64,000 nucleotides of DNA from Mobula hypostoma (GCF_963921235.1 NC_086097.1:199766001-199830000), one strand, 5' to 3'; numbered from the stretch's first letter, positions 1 through 14,222 are shown. Numbers and translations: made by a program. Notes: a model not told the origin generated them from the sequence alone.

Positions 1-465
1 AGTTGTGTATATTTCAATGCAAGAAGTATTGTAGGAGAGGCAAATGTGCTCAGGGCATGGTTCAATACATGGAATTATGATATTGTAGCTATTAGTGAGT
101 CTTGCTTGCAGGAGGGGCAGGACTGTGGTTAGACATTCTGGGGTTTAGTTGTTTCAGACGCAACAGAGCAGGAAGGATTCAAGGGGGAGGATTGGCGCTA
201 ATAGTGTCAGAGAAAATATCACGGTAGTGCTCGGTCATGATGGGCTGGAGTACACATCCAATGAGGCTTTATGGATAGAACTGTGAAAGGAATAACCACA
301 TTAATGGGGCTATATTATAGACCATCCAACAGTCCGCAGGATTTAGAGGAACAAATTTGTGGACAGATCGCAGACTGATGCAAGAAACAGAAGGTTATGA
401 GAGCAAGTTTTTTTAACTTTCCACATATTGACTGGGACTCCTATTCTGTAAAAGGACTAGATGGG
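1..465 (+). mobile_element. CR1 LINE ORF2 fragment (AP-endonuclease domain), decayed
   Basis: Translates to YFNARSI...WNYDIVAISES...LYYRPSNS...FNFPHIDWDS with frameshifts, typical of the CR1 endonuclease; interrupted at ~466 by a Penelope-like fragment. Confidence 0.8.
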
Positions 466-870
466 AAAACACATGAAAACCTGCAGATGCTGGAAATCTA
501 GGCAACACACACAAAATGCTGGAGGAACTCAGCAGACCAGGCAGCATCTTTAGAAAAAAGTAAACATTTGATGTTTCGGGACTGGAAAAAAATGATGAGA
601 AGTCAGAGTAAGAAGGTGGGGGGGGGGAAGGAAGAGAAGAAATACAAGCTGGTAGGTGAAACCTGAGGTGGGGAGGAGAGGAGGGGTGAAGTAAAGAGTT
701 GGGAAATTGATGGGTGAAAGATAAATGGTTGGAGAAGGGGGAATCTGATGGGAGAGGATAGAAGACAATGGAAGAAAGGGAAGGGAGAGGAGAACCAGAG
801 GGAGGGGATGGACAGGTAAGGAGATAAAGTGGGAGGGAAACAGGAATGGGGAATCAAGGAGAAGAGCCCA
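466..870 (-). mobile_element. Penelope-like element 3'/pLTR fragment
   Basis: Same tail (ctgcagatgctggaaatc...acacacaaaatgctggaggaactcagca) and purine-rich tract as the GIY-YIG-encoding copy at 54062-55272. Confidence 0.7.
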
Positions 871-1590
871 GTGAGCGGTAGGGCATTGAAGAGTGCAGTA
901 GAACAAAGGGATCTGAGATTACAGGTAGATAATTCATTGAAAGTGGTGTCACAGGTAGATTGGGTCGTAAAGAAAGCTTTAGGTGCGTTGGCCTTCATTA
1001 CTGTTGAGTACAGGAGGAAGAAAGTTATGCTTAAGTTGTACAAGATGTTTGTGAGGCCCACTTTGGAGTATTGTGTGCAGTTTTGGTCACCTACCTGCAG
1101 GAAAGATGTAAATAGTATTGAAAGAGAACAGAGAAAATTTACAAGGACATTGCTGGGACTGAAGGACATGAGTTACAAGAAGAGATTGAATAGGTTAAGA
1201 CTATATTCTTCAGAATGTAGAAGATTGAGGGGAGATTTGATAGTGGTATACAAAATTATGAGGGATATAGGGTAAAAGCAAGCAGGCTTTTTCTACTGAA
1301 GTTGGGTGAGACTACAACTAAAGATCATAGGTTGAGAGTGAAATGAAAAGTTTGAGTAACATACAAGGAAACTTCTTCACTCAGAAGATGGTGAGTGTGT
1401 GGAATGAGCTGCCAGCACAAGTGGTGGTTGCAAGCTCTATTTCAGTGTTTAAGTGAAGTTTGGATAGGTACATGGATGGGGGTGTATGAAGGGCTATGGT
1501 CTGGGTGCAGGTTGAATGAACTAGGCAGGTTAAATGGTTTGGCATGGACTAAATGGGCTGAGGGTCTGTGCTGTAGTTTTCTAAGACTAT
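871..1590 (+). mobile_element. CR1 LINE ORF2 C-terminus and 3' UTR
   Basis: ORF 829-1275 contains LYKMFVRPTLEYCVQFWSP...RRLRGDLIVVYKIM, a CR1 C-terminal signature. Confidence 0.85.
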
Positions 1591-1674
1591 TGGCCTGGGT
1601 TAGCTTTGTTTTTCCACTTCTCTTAGGAGATAGAGTGGAACATGTTACATAATAAAGTTGAAGGTATGATAAAT

Positions 1675-2245
1675 GAGATACTGCTGACGCTGGAACTCTT
1701 GAGCAACACATAGAAAATGCTGGAGAAACACAAAGTCAGGCAGCGTTTGTGGAGGTTAATAAACAGTTGATGTTTTGGGCCAGAAACCTTCATCAAGACA
1801 GAAAAGGAACTGGGCAGAAGGCAGAGAAAGGTTGGGTGAGGGGAACAAGTACAAGCTGGCAGGTGATGAGAGAGACCAGGTAAGAGGAATGGAGGGTAGC
1901 TGAAGGGTTGAAGTAAGATGCTGGGAGATGATATGGAAAGAAGTGAAGTGCTGAAGAAGGAATCTCACAAGAAGATAGTAGACTATGGAAGAAAGGGAAG
2001 GTGGGGTGGGGGTAACCAGAGGAAACTGATAAGTGAGGAGAGAAGGGGAAAGTGTAGCCAGAATGGGGAATGGAAAAAAGGAGGAAGGATAAGTGATTAT
2101 TGAAAGTTAGAAAAATTACTGTACATGCCATCAGTTTGCAGGCAACCCAGATGGCTTATGAGGTGATGTTCCTCCAAGCTGAGTTTGGCCTCATTGTGTT
2201 CAAAGAGGCCATGGGAAGACATGTCAGAGTGGGAATGGGAAGTCA
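1675..2245 (-). mobile_element. Penelope-like element fragment (endonuclease end plus pLTR with degenerate hammerhead)
   Basis: Similar to 54062-54620; the minus strand has LEEHHLI..LG.LQ.DGM-like remnants and TTGATGA-aggtttctggccc-AAAAcatc at 1764-1801. Confidence 0.7.
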
Positions 2246-2994
2246 AGTTCTACTGAAATGAAATAGCAGGTATGACAACTCCATTGGGCAGTCTGAATGG
2301 GGCTGAAACTGTTGATCACAATTTGATTGTTCATCAGTATTTGTAATGTGATGTTTTGTAATTAGGCCAGCAACCCCCCGCCCCAGCCCCAGTCCCAGTA
2401 TAGCAATGGCAAACACCAGAGGAAAGTTTAGAGACATAGAACTAATGTTTTTTTAAAAAAAGTGGAGTGTGCCTGGAGCGCAGTCAGGGGTAATGGTAGC
2501 GGCTGATACAATAGTGACATTTAAAAAGCTCTTAGGCACAGGGATATAATAAAAAAAGGGAAGATTATGGGTTGTGTAGGATGGAAAGGCAAGATTTATC
2601 ACGGAGTAGGTTTGTATAGGTCAGCACAACCACATCGATGAAGTGCTGTAATGTTCCAAATTCTATATCCTAACCTGAGGCATGTGAAGCATTTTGAGAT
2701 TGAAAATAATATCAAAAGTAATGACTTTCAAATGAACATTGGTATTTTGAAACATGGGTTAGATGCCAAATATTTGACATACTGTTGTAATAGACATCGA
2801 GAAGATAAAGGCAGGAGACTTTGTTTCAGTGACTTCCTAAAATATTACTGAAATTGGAAGTGCAATCATCTTAGCTGGCAGTCTTCTTCAAGTGTATACA
2901 CCTTGTTGCATTTGAATCCTGTTGATTTTAAATTATTTATCAATTACATTTTCAACTGGGTCTTAGAAAATGTTGTACTTAATTTGAAATCAGA

Positions 2995-3290
2995 TTAAGA
3001 TCATAAGACCATAAGATACAGGATCAGAATTAAGCCATTTGGCCCATTGAATCTGCTCTGCTATTTTATCATGGCTGATCGATTTTCCCTCCCAGCCCCA
3101 ATCTCCTGCCTTCTCCCTGTATCCTTTCATGTCCTGACTAATCAAGAATCTACCAACTTCTACCGTAAATATAGCCAATGATTTGGCCTCCACAGCTGCC
3201 TGTGGCAAATACTTCCAGACTCACCACTCTCTGGCCAAAGAAATTTCTCCTCCTCTCCATTCTAAAAGAACAGCCCTCTATTCTGAGACT
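2995..3290 (-). mobile_element. CR1 LINE 3' end
   Basis: (taagacca)-type tail and CR1 3' UTR; ORF 2990-3208 reads PQAAVEAKSLAIF..EVGRFLISQ. Confidence 0.8.
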
Positions 3291-3430
3291 CTGTTCTATT
3301 GTTTTAAAACATTGAATCACAGTGGATTTAATTTGGCTTTTCTGAGACTGATCAACAGGAAAGACTTTTGTGAAAACAAATTTCTACAAACTAGTCTAAA
3401 TTTATTACAATTATTAAATATACTTGCATG

Positions 3431-4613
3431 ATTACTCACCCCATTCAAGTTGGTGTTTAGTAGATGCACCTTTGGCAGCAGTTACAGCCTTGAATCTTTA
3501 TGGATAGGTCACTATCAGCTTTACACATCAGGACACTGCAATTTTTCCTCCAGTCTTTGTTACAAAACTGCTGAGCTCTGTAGGATTGCATGGGGATCAT
3601 GAGTGAACAGCTCTTTTCAACACCAGCCACAAATTCTCAATTGGATTGAGGTCTGGACTCTGACTTGGCCACTCCAGGACATTAACTTCATTGTTACTGA
3701 GCCATTTCTGTGTAGCTTTAGCTTTGGCTTTATGCTTGAGGTCATTGTCCTGCTGGAAAACAAATCTACTCTAAAGTCACAGTTCTCTTGCAGACTGCTT
3801 CATGTTTTCCTCCAGGATTTCCCTGCATTTATTTTACCCTCTACCTTCACAAGCCTTCTAGAGCTTGCTGCAGTGAAGCATCCCCACAACATGATGCAGC
3901 CACCAGCATGCTTCACAGTAGGGATGGTGTGTTTTTATGATGTGCAGTGTTTGACTTGTGCCAAATATAGCATTTAATCTGATGGTCAATCTGGATACTA
4001 CTTCCAGCTGACTTCATGGTCTCCCACATGCCTTCTGGCAAAGTCTAGCCAACATTTCCTGTAAGTCTTTTCAATTGTGGCTTTCTCTTTGCCACTTTCC
4101 CATAGCTGCAACTAGTGAAGCAATTGGGCAACAGTTGTATACACAGTCTCTTCCATCTCAACCACTGAAGCTTGTAACTCCTCCAGATTTGTCATAGGTC
4201 TCTTGGTGGCTTTCCTCACTAGTCCCCTTCTTGTACAGTCACTCAGTTTTTGAGGACAGCCTGCTCTGCACGGAATTACACCTTTTATGCTACAATCAAT
4301 TGAAACACCTTGACTGCACACAGATAATCTCTATTTAACTAATTGTGTGACTTCTAAAACCAATTGGCTGCATCAGTGATGCATTGGTGTATCATGCTAA
4401 AGGACATGAACACTTGTGCAATCAATTATTTTGTGTTTATATTTGTAGTTAATTTAGATCACTTTGTAGAGATCTGTTTTCACATTGACACAAAAGAGTC
4501 TTTTTCTGTTGATCAGTGTCAAAAAAGCCAAATTAAATTCACTGTGATTTAATTTTTTAAAACAATAAAACATGAAAACTTCCAAGGGTGTTGAATACTT
4601 TTTATAGGCACAG
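3431..4613 (-). mobile_element. Tc1/mariner DNA transposon, decayed (DD34E transposase pseudogene)
   Basis: Minus-strand motifs G.PQKLS...[40 protein letters not shown] and [15 protein letters not shown]; right terminus ...gaatactttttataggcacag followed by TA; left TIR eroded. Confidence 0.9.
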
Positions 4614-7600
4614 TAAATCATTAATTATCAAATCATATTTTCTAACATTGTTTATATTTTGGATTTCTAATAGCAGAATTGATAAGGGTTAGCCATTTCA
4701 TGTGGTGTATCGGGCTTTCAGAAGATTTTTAATTATTAAGCAAAATTGAAGTGTACAGAATTGAGGATAAAATACTGACATAGATTAAGAAATGAATTAT
4801 TGGCAGGGATAGAACAAACAGATCCTTTTTGGGTTGGGAGGCTATGACTACGGGGGAGTGGTGGCGTTGGTGCTGTTGCCCATCTGCTTATTTTTTTTTA
4901 TCAAAAAAAGTAAGTAGATCAAGAGTAATATACCCGAATATGATATAAAGCTAAGTGGTATTGTGTGCTGTGAGGAGGAGGGGTTATAGACAGGTTCAGT
5001 GAAATGATAGGAATATGGCAGATGGAGCTATTCACTTTGTTCCACACTTCCTGCAGGCTGTTGTTTTCTGGCAGTCGGATCTCATTGAAACACACAGAAT
5101 TTTAACAGGGCATGAGAAGGTGGGTGTGAGGTATCTGAAAATGAGTGTAATTCTTTCAACAGAAGTTGTTTGTCATCCAGGAGAAGTTGACAAGAAATTA
5201 CTTCTTTCAGAGGGTAGCATTGTTTGTATTGATGCTGGTGAAAATGAGGAAAGGCTCTTAGAAGTTGTTTTGAGTGAGCACATGGAAAATGAATCAGTGC
5301 ACAGTTGATTTGACATCAGTGGCTGAAAACACCAGTGGATTTCCTAGTGGAATGTCATGTACCAAATGTTTGAGGAACTTGGCAAGTCAGGCAGCATCTA
5401 TGGAGGGAAATTTATCATTCCACCTTTTATGCTCTACTTGCCAGTAAAATGCTTGCTGGGACCATTTTTTTTAAACTCTCGTCCGGGATGCAGGCCTGCT
5501 TGCATATCAAGTTCCCACTGGTTTAACCATCTTATGTCTGATGTAATGGACCACAATAGGCACTGTTGCCTTTTCATGCCACCGTTGCTCTCTACACCAC
5601 GATCATCTAGGCACACAAGCAGGTTGAATATTACATTTATTTTTCTACTTTTAAAAAAAGTACTTCCATTAAGATTTGTGAGGAATTGCTATAGCTGTTG
5701 CATTGATTTGAGCCAATTTCTTCCTGATAAAATGTTTAGGCTTGGAGTGATCGAATTTTGTGACACATCCATGAATCTGCACTTACTAACTGTTGCCATG
5801 CTTTTCAGGTCTTTTACTGGTCTAACTTTATGGAGCTGAATGTTCCCATTTCATGTATCCTGGACAGATGTCGAATTACAAATGCAGAACATTGTTGTAA
5901 GCGCAGTTAGCATGTTTGCTCATCTTTACTGGAAGCATTGTGTTGCTCCCTAATCATTATTCATGCTGTGCAGTCTACTTCTTTTAAACCTTAATTGTAC
6001 TAGAGGAGATTGTTGCCATCTATTTTGTTTCTGCAGAGATTGTGAAACAGCAAATAGTTTATGATTTGGGGTAATAACATTACTGGTATTTCATTTCCAA
6101 GGTGGCTGAGGCTACAAGATTTTTAAGACTAGTCAATCCAAATTCTGTTAAATTGGAAAACAAAACTCCACCATTTGGAGTACACTGAATGGCAAGATAC
6201 TTTTTTCATTAAAGTAACAGTTCGTTTCATTCTGGACTATATGATTTGTATCATTTTGGTACTGAGAGTTCTTTTTACATCAAAGCTAATTATTATAACT
6301 TTTTAAGGCCATATATTCACAGTTTTGGCATCCTGTTTGTGTAGCCAATGGCCATCCTTGATGCTAATTAGTAAGTAGTCTATCCGATATCAAGTCGTCT
6401 AGTGTTACTGTAAATGGAATTCAAAGATCACATGTCTGATTATGGGTATACAATTCTGTAGGTGCAGTGAAATCTAAGTCTTAAGTCTGAAGCTACAGAG
6501 TGTACAGGATGCGAAGGTATATTCAGGTACCAAGAACTGAACCTGAACAAGTCTACAGGTTTAACACTGGGTGGGAACCAAGACCCTTGCTGTCATGTGG
6601 TAAGTTAGAATAAAGCACATTATATGTTTATGCTTTTGTCTGGACGATTGTAATGTATTTTTCTAGGAGGTAAATAAGTTTTGTATTTGCAAAGTACATA
6701 CTATTAACACCTAATCAGTTCATTATATTTTATAGGGTTTCTTATGATGTTGGAAAAAAAAGTTGCATTTTTACAGTTCAAAAGTTTTTTAGTGCTCTCT
6801 CAACCAGCGTGTTGATCTCCAGGTTCAGAAACTCCAGAAAAATGACATGAGTTGTTCAACTTGTTCCTTCTAAGTTCATTGATATATTGCCTGAGAATCC
6901 ACTTCAAATTGCAAAAAAGTTTCAGTAGATATTGAATGAAACAAAAATCTTGCATTTATTATTTACATAGCAATTTCAGCTCCGAAACAATCCCTTTGAG
7001 CCAGCCAGTCCATATCCAGACATGCTCCATAGAAACTCCTTCGTTTTTCTTCATCTACTTTACATCAGTACTATTGCCTGCTCCTCATGATTGAGTCCCA
7101 TTGTTTGGGTTAAGAGGTTTCTCCTGCATTTCTATTAATTGGTAAGTATATTCATGGCTCCTGGTCCTGATCTCTTCTGCAGGAGGAAGTCTTTGGTTTT
7201 GCGTGCCGAATTCTATATAACTTTCAAGGTCTTCAGTCAAGTAATTCCAGTCTTTGATTGGAGATGGGAGCTCTAGCATATTCAGTTTCTGATAGGATTA
7301 ATGTTGTGCTTCTGGTATTATGCTATTTGTTTTTGCATCTTCTCTAAAAACTTGCACTTCAGAACTGTGAGTGTTGCATTTCCAAAGATCTACGTTTTCA
7401 ACATCTCTTTTCATTGTAGGAATCCCAACTGCTTTGTTTCTTTTTAGGTTACTTAATGGCCTGCATTGCTCATTATGCTGATGTCTATACCTTAGGACCT
7501 CACTTAGTTAAATAATTTGCTTGTAGTTCCTGATTCATTCTATCTACATCTGTTGGCTCAACTTCTTGAACTGAAGATCTTTTGCCAGTTGTGCATATAG

Positions 7601-8556
7601 ATAACAAAGTTTTGAGTAGTGTTCTATTTTGCATCCTTCTATGTGTGATACACAAATTTTGAAGTTGTATCTTCGATTCAGTGTTAAATCATAAGTAAAT
7701 GATGAAGAGTAGTAATCTCATGACTAGTTCACATGGAGCGGCCCTTGTTACTTTGTATCCTTTTAGTAGCACTTAACCATTTGTATTTCTGTTTTGTAGC
7801 CATGTTGCTATTCATTCTGGTATTTTTTTCTGACTCCAGTCTAGCTGAGTATTTACATATCATGAGTTTAATGATATCTAAATATATTGCTTTACTAGAT
7901 TAACTTTGTCCATTGTTCACTTTCTATGAAAGAAGTCAATGAGTGGACAACCATGATCTGCATTTGGTACTCAATTAGTTCAGTTTTAAAGGACATCTTG
8001 TATTTATTCATCCTCTGTCTATATGCATGGTGTTTGAGTATGTTCTTTTACTTTGGCTTCAGTGTCATGCTTAGTTTTGTCATCTATGGCATTTCCTTGC
8101 TGATTGGTTTGTTCTAGACCTTTAGTGGAACTTATTTCCCTTGGATATTCCTGGCTATTTTTAAATGTTTCCTCTATTTTTTCAGTTTCTTTAAATAATA
8201 TGTTGGATTTTCTATTAGTTTTCTTATCAAGTAGGTACAGGGATTAATTACCAGTGGCAGAAGGCAAGGTGCTCTTTGATATCTGATGTCTGTTCTTAAA
8301 GTTCTGTTATCTGCAGTACAGGAAACATGAGTTATATACGTTTTATATCAATATGACCATGCAATAAATCACTGATTTGTTTATGCAATGTTATGTCTTG
8401 CCACATTTTGTATTATTATAGAAATATTCTTTTGCCTATTTTATTACTAGTCTATCTAATGTACAAATTGCATCTCCTGAAACTTATGTAAACCTATTCA
8501 CAATTCTGTTGGGCTCCTATTAATATATTTCTATTAAATAGATTTTTGTGTTAATT

Positions 8557-10665
8557 TAAGAACATAAGAACTTAAGAAATAGGAGCAGGAGTAGGCCATC
8601 TGGCCCGTCAAGCCTGCTCCACCAGTCAATAAGATCATGGCTGATTTGACCTTGGACTCATCTCCACCTAACTGCCTTTTCCCCATAACCTTTAATTCCC
8701 CTACAATGTGAAAATTTATCCAACCTTGTTTTAAATATATTGCTGAGGTTGCCTCCACTGCTTCATTGGGCAGAGAATTCCACAAATTCACTGTCCTCTG
8801 GGAAAAACAGTTCCTCCTCATCTCCATCCCAAATCTACTCCCCCAAATCTTGAGGCTATGGCCCTTCATTATAGTCTCACCTATCAATGGAAACAACTTT
8901 CTTGCCTCTTATCGCTTTCATAATCATGAATATTTTTTGTAAGATCTCCTCTCATTCTTCTGAATGCCAGCTAGTACAGTCCTAAGTGACTCAATCTCTC
9001 CTCATAGTCTAAACCCTCATCTCTGGGTTCAACCTGTTGAACTTCCTCTGCACCGCCTCCAAAGCCAGTATATCCTTCCTCAGTAAGGAGACCAGAACTG
9101 CATGTGGTACTCCGGATGCAACCTCACCAGTACTCTGTACAGTTGCAGCAAGTCCTCCTGTTCTTTAATTCAATCCCTCTAGCTATGAAGGCCAACATTT
9201 CATTTGCCTTGATAGCCTGCTGCACCTACAAACCAACCTTTTGTGGTTCATGCACAAGCACTCCCAAGTTCCTCTGCACAGCAGCATGCTGCAATCTTTT
9301 ACCATTTAAATAATAATCTGCTCTTCCATTTTTTTCCTTCTCCATCTGCCAAACCCTTTCCACTCACTGAACCTAACTATATCTGTCTGCAGACTCTCCG
9401 TATCTTCTGCACAATTTGCTTTCCCTCTCAATTTAGTGTCATCAGCAAACTTAGATACGCTACACTTGGTCCCCTCTTCCATATCCTTAATGTGTATCAT
9501 GAATCACTCACCATTGATTGCCAAACAGAGTAACACCCATGTATCCCCAACTCTCTGCTTTCTATTATTTAACCAATCCTTACCCATGCTAGTACATCAC
9601 CCCCAACTCGATGCATCCTTAGTCGTTTATGTGATGCCTTATCAATTGCCTTCTGGAAATCCAAGTAAATAACGTCCATCTGTTCCCCTCTATCCACTGT
9701 GCTCATTATATCCTCAAAGAACTGCAGTAAGTTTGTCAAACAGGACCTGCCTTTGCTGAATCCATGCTGTATCTGCATGGTGGATGGATTTCTTTCCAGA
9801 TGCCTCGCTATTTCTTCTTTAATGATAGCTTCAAGCATTTTCTCAACATTAAACTAACTGGCTTAAAGTTATCTGCTTTTTGACTACATCTTTTTTTTGA
9901 ACAGTGGTGTGAAATCCGCTGTCTTCCAATCCGCCGGGACCTGGCCAGAGTTTCAGTACCCTGAGATGCATTCCATCAGGACCAGGGGACTTGTCTATCT
10001 TCACGTCCACAACTTTGCTCAGCACTACCTCTTTAATGGTAGCTATTGTATATATTGAAGCCCTCACCTCCCATGGCATCCATAACATCTCTCTTTGGCA
10101 TGTTAGATGTGTCCTCCACTGTGAGCACCGACACAAAATAGTCATTCAAAGCCTCTGCCATTTCCTCATTACCCAATATCAATTTCCCTTCTCGTCCTCC
10201 AAGAGACCTATGTTCACTTTAGCCACTCTTTTCTGCTTTATATTATTATAAAAAAACTTGTACTATCTGTTTTATATTTTGTGCTTGTTTATTTTCTTAA
10301 TCTCGTTCCCTTTGTTTTTTTGCTCGCTTACTGATTTTTTTTTGTTGCTTTTTAAAGTTTTCCCAATCGTCCAGTTTCCCATTAGTCTTGGCGACTTCGT
10401 ATGCACGAGCTTTTAGTTTGATGCCTTCTTTTATTTCCTTAGTTATCCAAGGCTGGCTCTCCCAACCCTTACTGTCCTAACTTTTAACTGGAATATACTT
10501 TTGTTGAACGCCATGAAAAATCTCTTTGAAAGTCTTCTACTGTTCCTCAGCCATCCCACCATATAGCATGTATTCCCAGTCTACGCTAGTCAAATCCTCC
10601 CTCATCCCATTGTGGTCTCCATTGTTTAGTCAAAGCACACTGGTTTTAGATCCTCCATTTGTATG
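8557..10665 (-). mobile_element. CR1 LINE, 5'-truncated and internally deleted
   Basis: Fragments QHGFSKGRSCLTNLLQFFE, DVIYLDFQKA, SKFADDTKL and DKSPGPDGMH; (taagaac)-type tail at 8557-8580. Confidence 0.9.
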
Positions 10666-10704
10666 TGACTGATTTACCTAAGTAACATTAAATTAATAAA
10701 ATAG

Positions 10705-11765
10705 ACCAAACCTGGCAAATCTGTTGAAGTTCTTTAAGGAAAAGATGAGCAGAAAGCAAAGAGTGGGAATAAAGGGGGCATGATTCTCTTTGGTTGCTGG
10801 TGACGAGTGATGTTCTGCAGAGGTTGCTGTTGGGACCGCTTCCTTTTATGTTGTATGTCAATGATTTGGATGACAGAGTTAATGGCTTTGTGGCCAGGTT
10901 TCTGGATGACACAGAATAGGTGGAGGTACGGGTAGTGCTGAAGAAGCAGAGAGGCTGCAGGAGGACTTAAGACAGATAGTGAAGAATGGGCAAAGAAAAG
11001 GCAGATGGAATACAGTGTTGTGAGTGTAAGATCATGCACTTTGGTAGAAGGAGCAAAAACATAGATTATTTTCTAAACTGAGAGAAGACTAAAAATTTTG
11101 AAGTCAAGGGGACTTGAGAGTTCCCCAAATGTTAACTTGCAGGTTGAGAGGACTAGAATATAAAAGCAAGGATGTAATGTTGGTGCTTTATAAGGGACTG
11201 GTGGGGCCTCAGTTGGAGGATTTTGAGCAGTTTTGGGCCCCTTATCTGAGGACATTGGGGAGGGTTCAGAGAAGGTTCACAAGAATGTTTCCAGGAATGA
11301 AGGTGTTATTGTATGAGGAGGGTTTGATGGCTCTGGGCCTGTATTCACTGGAATTTAGAAGAATTGGGGGGGAGTCGGGGGTGGGGTGGAATCTCATTGA
11401 AACCTATCAAATGTTTTCGGCCTAGATGGAGTGGATGTTTAGAGGATGTTTTCTATAGTAGGTGAGTCTAGGTCCCCACTACAAGTTGCACAGCCTCCGA
11501 ATAGAGGAACATCTATTTAGAATGGAGATGAGGTGGAATTTTTTTAGCCAGAGGATAGTGAATCTGTGGAATATATTGCCACTTATGGATAGGTCATTGG
11601 GTGTTTTATGGCAGAGGTTGGTAGTTTCTTGATTAGTCAGGATGTGAAATATTACTGGGAGAAGGCAGGAGAATTGGGGTGAGAGCGAAAATGGATCAGC
11701 CATGATGAAATGACGAAGCAGACTCAATGAGCTGAATGACTTAATTCTGCTCCCATGTTTTAGAG
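10705..11765 (+). mobile_element. CR1 LINE 3' portion, decayed
   Basis: RGLEYKSKDVMLVLYKGLVGPQLE...RVQRRFTRMFPG in ORF 11114-11425, followed by the CR1 3' UTR. Confidence 0.85.
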
Positions 11766-13249
11766 TCTTTTTTGACCTCATAACATTTTGGAAATGGTGT
11801 TCAGTCACTTAGGACAATATTTTCAGCCAGATCAGAAATTCTTCATGCTGCTGAGTGGATCTCTAAATGCAAAAAAAGTGTTCTTACCAATAATCTCCCT
11901 CTATTTTTCTTTATTAAATTCAGTGTTATGTTATGGTAGATGTAGAAGAGCATAGCTGGCAAGGAAAAGAATTGTCAAAGACATTTGTGATACCTTTTGT
12001 GAAGGGTGATAGAATTCTACTTCCTAATTGTCCCTGCCATGTTTCTACAATGCTCAAAAATCTTCACCAAGATTTAGGGGACCAGGATGAAAATACAGAT
12101 GGAAGAATTCATTAAGATCATGACTAATCTGAAGTACATTTTCCTGTCAAAAACCCATAGAATTGTTGTGTCATTCTGAAGAAATATGTTAATTCATTAC
12201 ATTGAAATTGGATAACTCACAAGGCAAATCATTTTTTTTTCAGTCTTTCTTTGCTTACTTGTTATTTCTTTTTACATAAAATGCTATATTTAAGGCTAGC
12301 TTTGTTGGGACTATTAGATTCTATGTCAGTATTGAAACCTGAGGTTCTACCAGGCAGCAACAGCTGCAAAAGCTTGAATTTCGTGATTGTTAGCAATTGA
12401 AAACTTTAGTCTCTTAGCAGTAATTTGGGCATTGTCTGTGACAACTTCATTTCTCATCATGAGGATTCAGTTGCACAGATTGTGGCATTAATTGTGATTA
12501 TTGCACAATGCTAGTCTTAAAAGTATAAAAAATATGTTCTTGTAATTAAAATAGTATTAAGTTTTTTGCTTCAATACGATATGAGTTCAGAGACAACTGA
12601 AAATGATAAATGATACTTCTCCCTCAGTGTTCAGATCTGATTTCCTGACGAGTGGAATTGAGCAATATAATTAAGACTAAATTTTTGATGACTACAGGGA
12701 AACCTTTCTTTAACCATTCATAAAATGCTAAGTGTTTTTACTATCTGAAAGCAAGAACTGGCATGGAAGAGAATATAATCTGTAAACATTTTATTTTCAA
12801 TTGTGGATGGGCCCTGTTTTGCACAAAATATAAAGCAACTGTTGATGTTTTTATTTTGGTCTTGAATTGGTTAATTTTAATCTAAGTTTTTTTTAAAATA
12901 TACAATTGAATTACCAGTGCCCGGTTGTCATGACTACAGTGTTGACAACTTTTGGATTTTTTTAACCTGGAATGGCTTCAGGCCTAGAATGTTGCCCAAT
13001 TATGTAATGTTATTTACTTTTCTAAAATTATCCTTAAGAACCAAACATTTGAGGATCCCTATTGTTGAATCCAATATGCACTTAAATGTAACAATTATTT
13101 AGAATCAATATTCAGGTAAAAGCTATTAGTTCTTGAGGGTCTTGTAGTTTCACTTGTAGACCCAATACTGAAGATGATCTTATTTATTTAATCTGCATTG
13201 CCTTAATACCTAATGAAGTGAACATGGGAGGTGGCAAGATAGTCTAGCA

Positions 13250-13480
13250 ATTACAGCTATCACTGATCAGGATTCAATTCCCACCGCTGCCTGCGTGGGC
13301 GCTCTGGTTTCCTCCCACATTCCAAAGACTTAGTGTTGGGGTTAGTGAATTGTAAGCATGCTATGTAGATGCTGGAAGTGTAGTAATACTTGGGCACTAC
13401 CCAGCACAATCCTTGTTGACTGATTTAACTCATTTCACTGTATGCTCTGTTGTACATGTGACAAATAAGACTAATCTTTA
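13250..13480 (+). mobile_element. V-SINE-like short interspersed element, decayed
   Basis: B-box-like ggattcaattccc and the central motif ctctggtttcctcccacattccaaagac characteristic of V-domain SINEs. Confidence 0.6.
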
Positions 13481-14222
13481 ATCGTTCATCTTTCTTAATG
13501 ACACGTTATTGAGTTGATAGTTCTGAGTTCCAGCTATAGATCTTGTAATGCTACTGTGACACTGTAATTTCCTTTGGGATCAATATAGTATCTATCTATC
13601 TAGATATCTTTCTTCACAGCTTTCCTTCTGATTTGTCAGTTATAGTTATCACTTTACCTCTGATGGAAGGTGAAAAACTGAGTGTCAGAGATGTTTATTG
13701 GACCATGGTGTAAAAATTTCAGTTTGACCCAGGAATATCATCAGCAGGCTGTACTAATTCACAGTAAATGGGCCAAATAAATGCGATTACCACAAGTGAT
13801 TTTTAACACAATTTCAATTTGTCATTTTGTTCCAGTTTGCTACCCAGATCTAAGTTTAGCTTCTCTCAATGTTTTGAATTGGTAAAAATAATGTGACCCT
13901 AGATATTGGATTAGAATAGAAAGCATTTGCCCTTTCTGAAAGTATAAATCACATGATGTACATCCATTTCTGGTGGATGACGTGGCCATTGTCAACAACA
14001 TTATATAATGCACTTCCTGTCATCATTCACCCTTCTGTTGTCATTTCTGTGCCATATTTCTCCCAAGTAGTCATGTTATAACAACTGAAGTTGCATCTAC
14101 AGCTTGTAATCCTCCACCTTCATCGTTCACTCACTGTTAAAACTTGGAAGTTGAACATCATGTGATTTAATGGGTCACCCAGACTTGCCACAGGAATTAG
14201 TTAAAATTCCACATTTTGAATA

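Noticed and set aside
550..1169. Hydrophobic, Pro/Leu/Ser-rich ORFs (also 1793-2131, 54175-54488, 63082-63361)
   Set aside because: Translations of pyrimidine-rich Penelope tails or antisense LINE sequence; no protein-family signal
3603..3977. 124-aa plus-strand ORF
   Set aside because: Antisense shadow of the Tc1 transposase
5015..5839. ORFs of 97 and 160 aa
   Set aside because: No recognisable domain; partly decayed CR1 sequence; no splice-site support
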